From Myxococcota bacterium (lineage in GTDB: Bacteria; Myxococcota_A; UBA9160; UBA4427), in contig JAYZFK010000034.1 of NCBI GenBank assembly GCA_036336835.1, positions 32,001-96,000 of the forward strand: DNA of 64,000 bases, read 5' to 3'. Position 1 is the stretch's first letter. The number at the start of each line of letters is the position of its first letter. Positions 61,001 to 64,000 of the stretch are shown here, piece by piece. Under the pieces are notes generated by a model that saw nothing but the letters and a program-made list of their open reading frames with translations, did not search any database and was not told the origin of the DNA. The translations under genes and the position numbers were made by a program.

Positions 61001-61554
61001 GAGCCGTCGCCTCATTGCTCGAGCTGGAACCGAGCTCCTACTGGGCGCAACTGGCGCACGAACTCGGCTACAGCGACGCCCGGCTGCGACGGCACCGCAG
61101 CAACCTGATGATGCGCGGCAAGGCCGGAATGACGCGAGCGCGCAGGGTTCCGTTCGACGACCGGCGCGCGATCGGCCACTCGGTCGAGATGCTACGCCTG
61201 CTGAGCCGCGCTCGCCGGGCCCGCGACGTGCCCTCGCGCGACGGCTACCTGGTCGAGGCGCTTGCTGCGGCGGCGTTCCGGCGAGGCGGCGGCTTCGACC
61301 CGCGTGTGCTCGTCGTGCTGCGCGAAATCGTGGGTCCCGACGAGGTCTCCGTCGACGCGCGCATCACTCAGCCCGTCTGGAGGGAGAGGCGGCTCGTGGG
61401 CGGCGCCGACCTGGTGCTCCACACCCACGAGGAGCCTCCGAAGCTCAGCCATCGCCCGATCCTGTTCGAGCCGCGCGGGCCCGTCCAGATCTACGAGATG
61501 CTGGACTCTTTCGATCCGATCGCCCGCGGTGCGAAGTCCGCAGACGCCCACTGA
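58012..61554 (+). CDS. Large exported hypothetical protein with an atypical kinase-like domain
   Basis: Signal peptide ending AGA-EK; TKPKF, KLK..GE..SE, DLKEAENN and DLG motifs; clean 1180-aa frame. Confidence 0.7.
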   Translation: MQPSPSCCPAPRHLAVLAVQCICLLASAPRAGAEKPLPFPADWQATVEETFFEGGQISTAKLATYRLQLEQRRREATQVLVADYRDRGKSNKAIRKRLRRKKLLVVYGLVLGDTGQLGMLDQLRDEPDPSNARLLASQILEIDYALLVQGERPSSLNIISSLSWAALWQWVVEASSLADQADREASNLFDPETGMYYTPEDLRAMIEAGEDISALQPPPDSSFWRSGTPIAQRSVRKMFYGGGAALHANREADFPLQRARLDKIRLSQTKPKFQLEVQDGDSRRTFKLKVGGEIHSEPTVNALLATLGFNVDLTHYIRDFRLDLDDQTSVEDLRHDWRSYFENRRTHNRFAFDDYFVEGEDEAGRYLLVREGVLEWKPPEIIRIGPWPFGGNGNEGLREVRGLGLFSIWVGNTDLKEAENNKLAMRTDEPLGSGFYHVHHDLGHSLGRMIREQIEAFPWDLVDRTPSGRIKFNYHSVQPSSLRGMITWADARWMTRQIAQLTKRQIAQTVAIGRWPRAAGQLLTEKLASRRNQLVIAFDLLGEQTPSGSIDLLPVDRNLTTDDGAVRDGKLVTGRFEGSTQEFDNYWEEMLGPVWDRALLFVMAQVQRTVGSVPEIVFDERSVGFPKGLILELLVNFKRTTAENSSPTSARDYYVTNDSFLLGARLGGGFVARGEVAYYRRYSLISPAGTQGEAQYADNTIFNLLLPWKIHKGEFPEEYVMVREDFLEVRTRVITDDISGGSAVAGAQVTAARVRLSRDVVSVRKDRTRAYHDVSVFDETGFRAFLKAVFVRIPLATYSSRWGKRRGDLYDLSDALAEHPEAARSALAAFIRSGDMAGLDAVADRTEIQTEFQYRTQEIGLLDFVSGKEGTEREEVVLRDPLSEQPPLDSFRQIQVFRRNFWKLIDFRETYRWNVQTVTTIDAEQPPPILLRFVDSDVDTWSSELGGDYIGFINEIAGAGGSESGHRDAIAFTPELHSANRRWGHIHSTVEIGFSKRAVASLLELEPSSYWAQLAHELGYSDARLRRHRSNLMMRGKAGMTRARRVPFDDRRAIGHSVEMLRLLSRARRARDVPSRDGYLVEALAAAAFRRGGGFDPRVLVVLREIVGPDEVSVDARITQPVWRERRLVGGADLVLHTHEEPPKLSHRPILFEPRGPVQIYEMLDSFDPIARGAKSADAH

Positions 61555-61676
61555 GCGCTGCGACGAGAGGCCCCCGATCGCCGAGCGGTCAGCTCCGACC
61601 GGCCGCAGCAGCGCGACCTCCCCCACGTGCAACGATCAGCCGAAGGGCAAGGCACGATTCACCGCCTTTCCCGACT

Positions 61677-62930
61677 TCAGCTCGTTTCGTCCCCGGTGTC
61701 CTCTTCGAGCGCCAGCAGATCGTCGATCGTCTGCCGGCGTCGGATCAGCCTGGGCTCGCCCGCATCGACCAGGACCTCGGGCGCGAGAGGTCTCGAGTTG
61801 TAGTTGCTGGCCATCGCGGCGGCGTAGGCCCCGGTATCGTGCAACACCAGGAGATCGTCGACCCGTGCCTCGGGCAGATCGCGCGGCACGACGACACCGC
61901 CCTCGCGCTGGGTGAACACGTCGCCCGACTCGCACAGCGGCCCTCCGACGAGCGTTGGCTGCAGAGGCCCGGCGGCTTCGCTGCCATCGGGCCGGACCAG
62001 CGAGATCTCGTGATGGCTACCGTACAGGACAGGACGCATCAGATCGTTGAAACCCGCATCGACGATCGCGAAGCGGTTGCGGCCGTTCATCTTCACGGCG
62101 CGAACCCGCGCCACGAGCTTGCCCGATTCGGCCACCAGATAGCGACCGGGCTCGATCTCGAGCGAGACCGCGTGGCCAACGACCTGCTCGACTGTGTGCC
62201 GCGCCTCGTCCCATACCTCGAAGTAGGCGTCGACGTCCACTACGGCCTCATCGCCGATGTACGGGATGGGGAGCCCGCCACCGCAGGAGATCGCGCGCAC
62301 GTCGCGGCGCAGCGCCTCGACCTGGGCAACCATCGCGGCGGCCAGCTTGCGCAGGTGGTCGAAGTCGGCGCCCGAGCCGATGTGCATGTGCAGCCCAACC
62401 AGATCGAGGCCGTACTGATCGATGTGTTTGAGCGCTTCGTCGAGCTGCTCGTGCCAGATTCCGTGCTTGCTCGACTCGCCCCCGGTGTTGGTCTTGCGAC
62501 TGTGGCCGTGCCCGAAGCCCGGGTTCACGCGAAGCCAGACGCGGTGACCGCGCTTGCGGCGTCCGAGTTGCTCGAGCATGTCAGCCGAGCCGGCATTGAT
62601 CGAAATGTCGTACTGGATCAGCTGGCCGAGCGCATCCTCGGTCACCATATCGGCCGTATAGACGAGATCGGAGGGCTCGCCCGCTCCCGAGTAGCCGGCA
62701 CGGCGCGCGCGCTCGACCTCTCCGATCGACACCGCGTCGACGAAAACGCCGAGCTCGCGCATCAGACGCAGGATGTGCGTGTTCGAACAGGCCTTCTGCG
62801 CAAATCGGATCACATCGAAACGCTGCAAGGCGGCTACACGAGCGCGAATCACGGCCGCATCGTAGAGGTAGACGGGAGTACCGAAACGCTGCGCCACCTC
62901 GGCGACGAGGGGGGCGTCGACTGCTTTCAT
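61677..62930 (-). CDS. lysA: Diaminopimelate decarboxylase
   Basis: FAQKA (PLP Lys), HMHIGS, EPGR, GPLCESGD and SNYN motifs. Confidence 0.95.
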   Translation of the reverse strand: MKAVDAPLVAEVAQRFGTPVYLYDAAVIRARVAALQRFDVIRFAQKACSNTHILRLMRELGVFVDAVSIGEVERARRAGYSGAGEPSDLVYTADMVTEDALGQLIQYDISINAGSADMLEQLGRRKRGHRVWLRVNPGFGHGHSRKTNTGGESSKHGIWHEQLDEALKHIDQYGLDLVGLHMHIGSGADFDHLRKLAAAMVAQVEALRRDVRAISCGGGLPIPYIGDEAVVDVDAYFEVWDEARHTVEQVVGHAVSLEIEPGRYLVAESGKLVARVRAVKMNGRNRFAIVDAGFNDLMRPVLYGSHHEISLVRPDGSEAAGPLQPTLVGGPLCESGDVFTQREGGVVVPRDLPEARVDDLLVLHDTGAYAAAMASNYNSRPLAPEVLVDAGEPRLIRRRQTIDDLLALEEDTGDETS

Positions 62931-63043
62931 GGATTCTCCGGACCGGCCAGTTAGCGAAGTATACGCGGGACCGCGCGCTGGACCAGGCCGGTCGCGGCCC
63001 GCCAGTGCCTCGGGGCCGGACCCGCGCGCTAGCATCGGCCGCC

Positions 63044-63967
63044 GTGAAGCCGCCGCTACAAAGTGCAACCGGGAGAGCCTTCGCTCGCGCCGGCCTGCTC
63101 GGCAACCCATCGGATGCCTACGCCGGCAAGGCGATCGCCTTCAGCGTGCGAAACTTCAGCGCCCGTGTCTCCGTCGAGCCGTCGGACCGCAGCGTCATCG
63201 GGGACCAAACCGTCGCCCCGCTGCTCGAAGCGACGCTCGCACGCTATGCGAGCCATGCGGGTACACGCCTGCAACCGCTTCGCATCGACGTCGAGTCCGA
63301 CATCCCGTTCCAGGTCGGCCTCTCCGGCTCGAGCGCCATCGTGATCGCTGCCCTGCGCGCCCTGGCCGCCGCGCACGGCAGCGAGCTCTCGCCCTTCGAC
63401 CAGGCCGAGCTGGCCCTCGCCGTCGAGGTAGAGGACCTGGGCATCGCGGCGGGCCCGATGGACCGCGTCGTCCAGGCCTACGAGGGGCTGTACCTGATGG
63501 ACTTCCGCTCCGAACGAACACCCGGCGCATACACCCCGCTCGACCCGGGCATGCTTCCCCCGATGCTGATCGTCTGGGATCCGAGCGGTGGAGCGTCCTC
63601 CGGGGTGGTCCACGCCGACGTTCGCGAGCGCTGGCGGCGAGGCGATCCCGACCTGCGGCGCGCGATGGAGAGGTTCCCGCAGCTCGTCGACGCGGGAATC
63701 GACGCTCTGAGGCAGGGCGACTTCGCGCGCTTTCGCACGGCCGTGGACCGCAACTTCGACCATCGCTGCGAGTGGTTCCCAGTCGCCGATCGCGACCGCG
63801 AGATGGTCGCCATCGCCCGCGCCCGCGGCGCGGGCGCCAAGCAGTGCGGATCCGGCGGCGCCTGCCTCGTCGTCTTGACCAGCCAAGCACAGGCGCCCAC
63901 GCTCGATTCGGACTACCGACTGGCTGGCTACCGAACGCTCCGACCCGTCATCGAGGACCCGACGTGA
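63044..63967 (+). CDS. GHMP-family sugar kinase, glucuronokinase-like
   Basis: ARAGLLGNPSD, IPFQVGLSGSSA, AGPMDRVVQ.Y.G...MDF and GSGG motifs. Start approximate. Confidence 0.85.
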   Translation: MKPPLQSATGRAFARAGLLGNPSDAYAGKAIAFSVRNFSARVSVEPSDRSVIGDQTVAPLLEATLARYASHAGTRLQPLRIDVESDIPFQVGLSGSSAIVIAALRALAAAHGSELSPFDQAELALAVEVEDLGIAAGPMDRVVQAYEGLYLMDFRSERTPGAYTPLDPGMLPPMLIVWDPSGGASSGVVHADVRERWRRGDPDLRRAMERFPQLVDAGIDALRQGDFARFRTAVDRNFDHRCEWFPVADRDREMVAIARARGAGAKQCGSGGACLVVLTSQAQAPTLDSDYRLAGYRTLRPVIEDPT

Positions 63968-64000
63968 AGGCCTACCTGCTGGCCGCAGGCTACGCGACCC
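63964..64000 (+). CDS. Nucleotidyltransferase (NTP transferase family), 3' partial
   Basis: MKAYLLAAGYAT... signature; GTGA coupling to the kinase gene. Confidence 0.75.
   Translation, partial: MKAYLLAAGYAT

Noticed and set aside
1..64000. tRNA, rRNA, CRISPR, integrase/transposase, phage or defence genes
   Set aside because: None recognised; nearly all of the sequence is accounted for by the listed CDS.

Overview
This is a high-GC, gene-dense bacterial window with about 51 CDS. The gene content suggests a diderm, Myxococcota/deltaproteobacterium-like organism, but that is inference only. I found no rRNA, tRNA, CRISPR array or mobile element. The layout is as follows. (1) 1-20.7 kb holds lipid/xenobiotic uptake and catabolism plus housekeeping genes: an MMPL + LolA-like + outer-membrane barrel module, aldo/keto reductase, SnoaL, Baeyer-Villiger monooxygenase, moaA, an A-type Fe-S carrier, htpX, TetR-RND efflux, crotonase, acyl-CoA ligase and a PAS hybrid kinase. 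(2) 20.9-23.2 kb is a TetR / SAM-methyltransferase / fused HgcAB-like corrinoid-ferredoxin operon with a perfect palindromic operator. (3) 23.9-52.6 kb is an exosortase-headed surface-glycosylation island with four GT-C-like proteins, GT2/GT4 enzymes, flippases, a radical SAM enzyme, two FAD oxidoreductases, sulfatase-family proteins, a PPTase and a DegT aminotransferase. (4) 52.7-61.6 kb has three large exported kinase-fold proteins: two apparently degenerate CotH/beta-helix proteins and one 1180-aa atypical kinase. (5) The window ends with lysA and a glucuronokinase-like kinase / nucleotidyltransferase pair. The best candidates for an undescribed system are the HgcAB-like methyl-transfer operon and the exported kinase/pseudokinase trio. 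All calls come from motif recognition by eye; no database searches were run.
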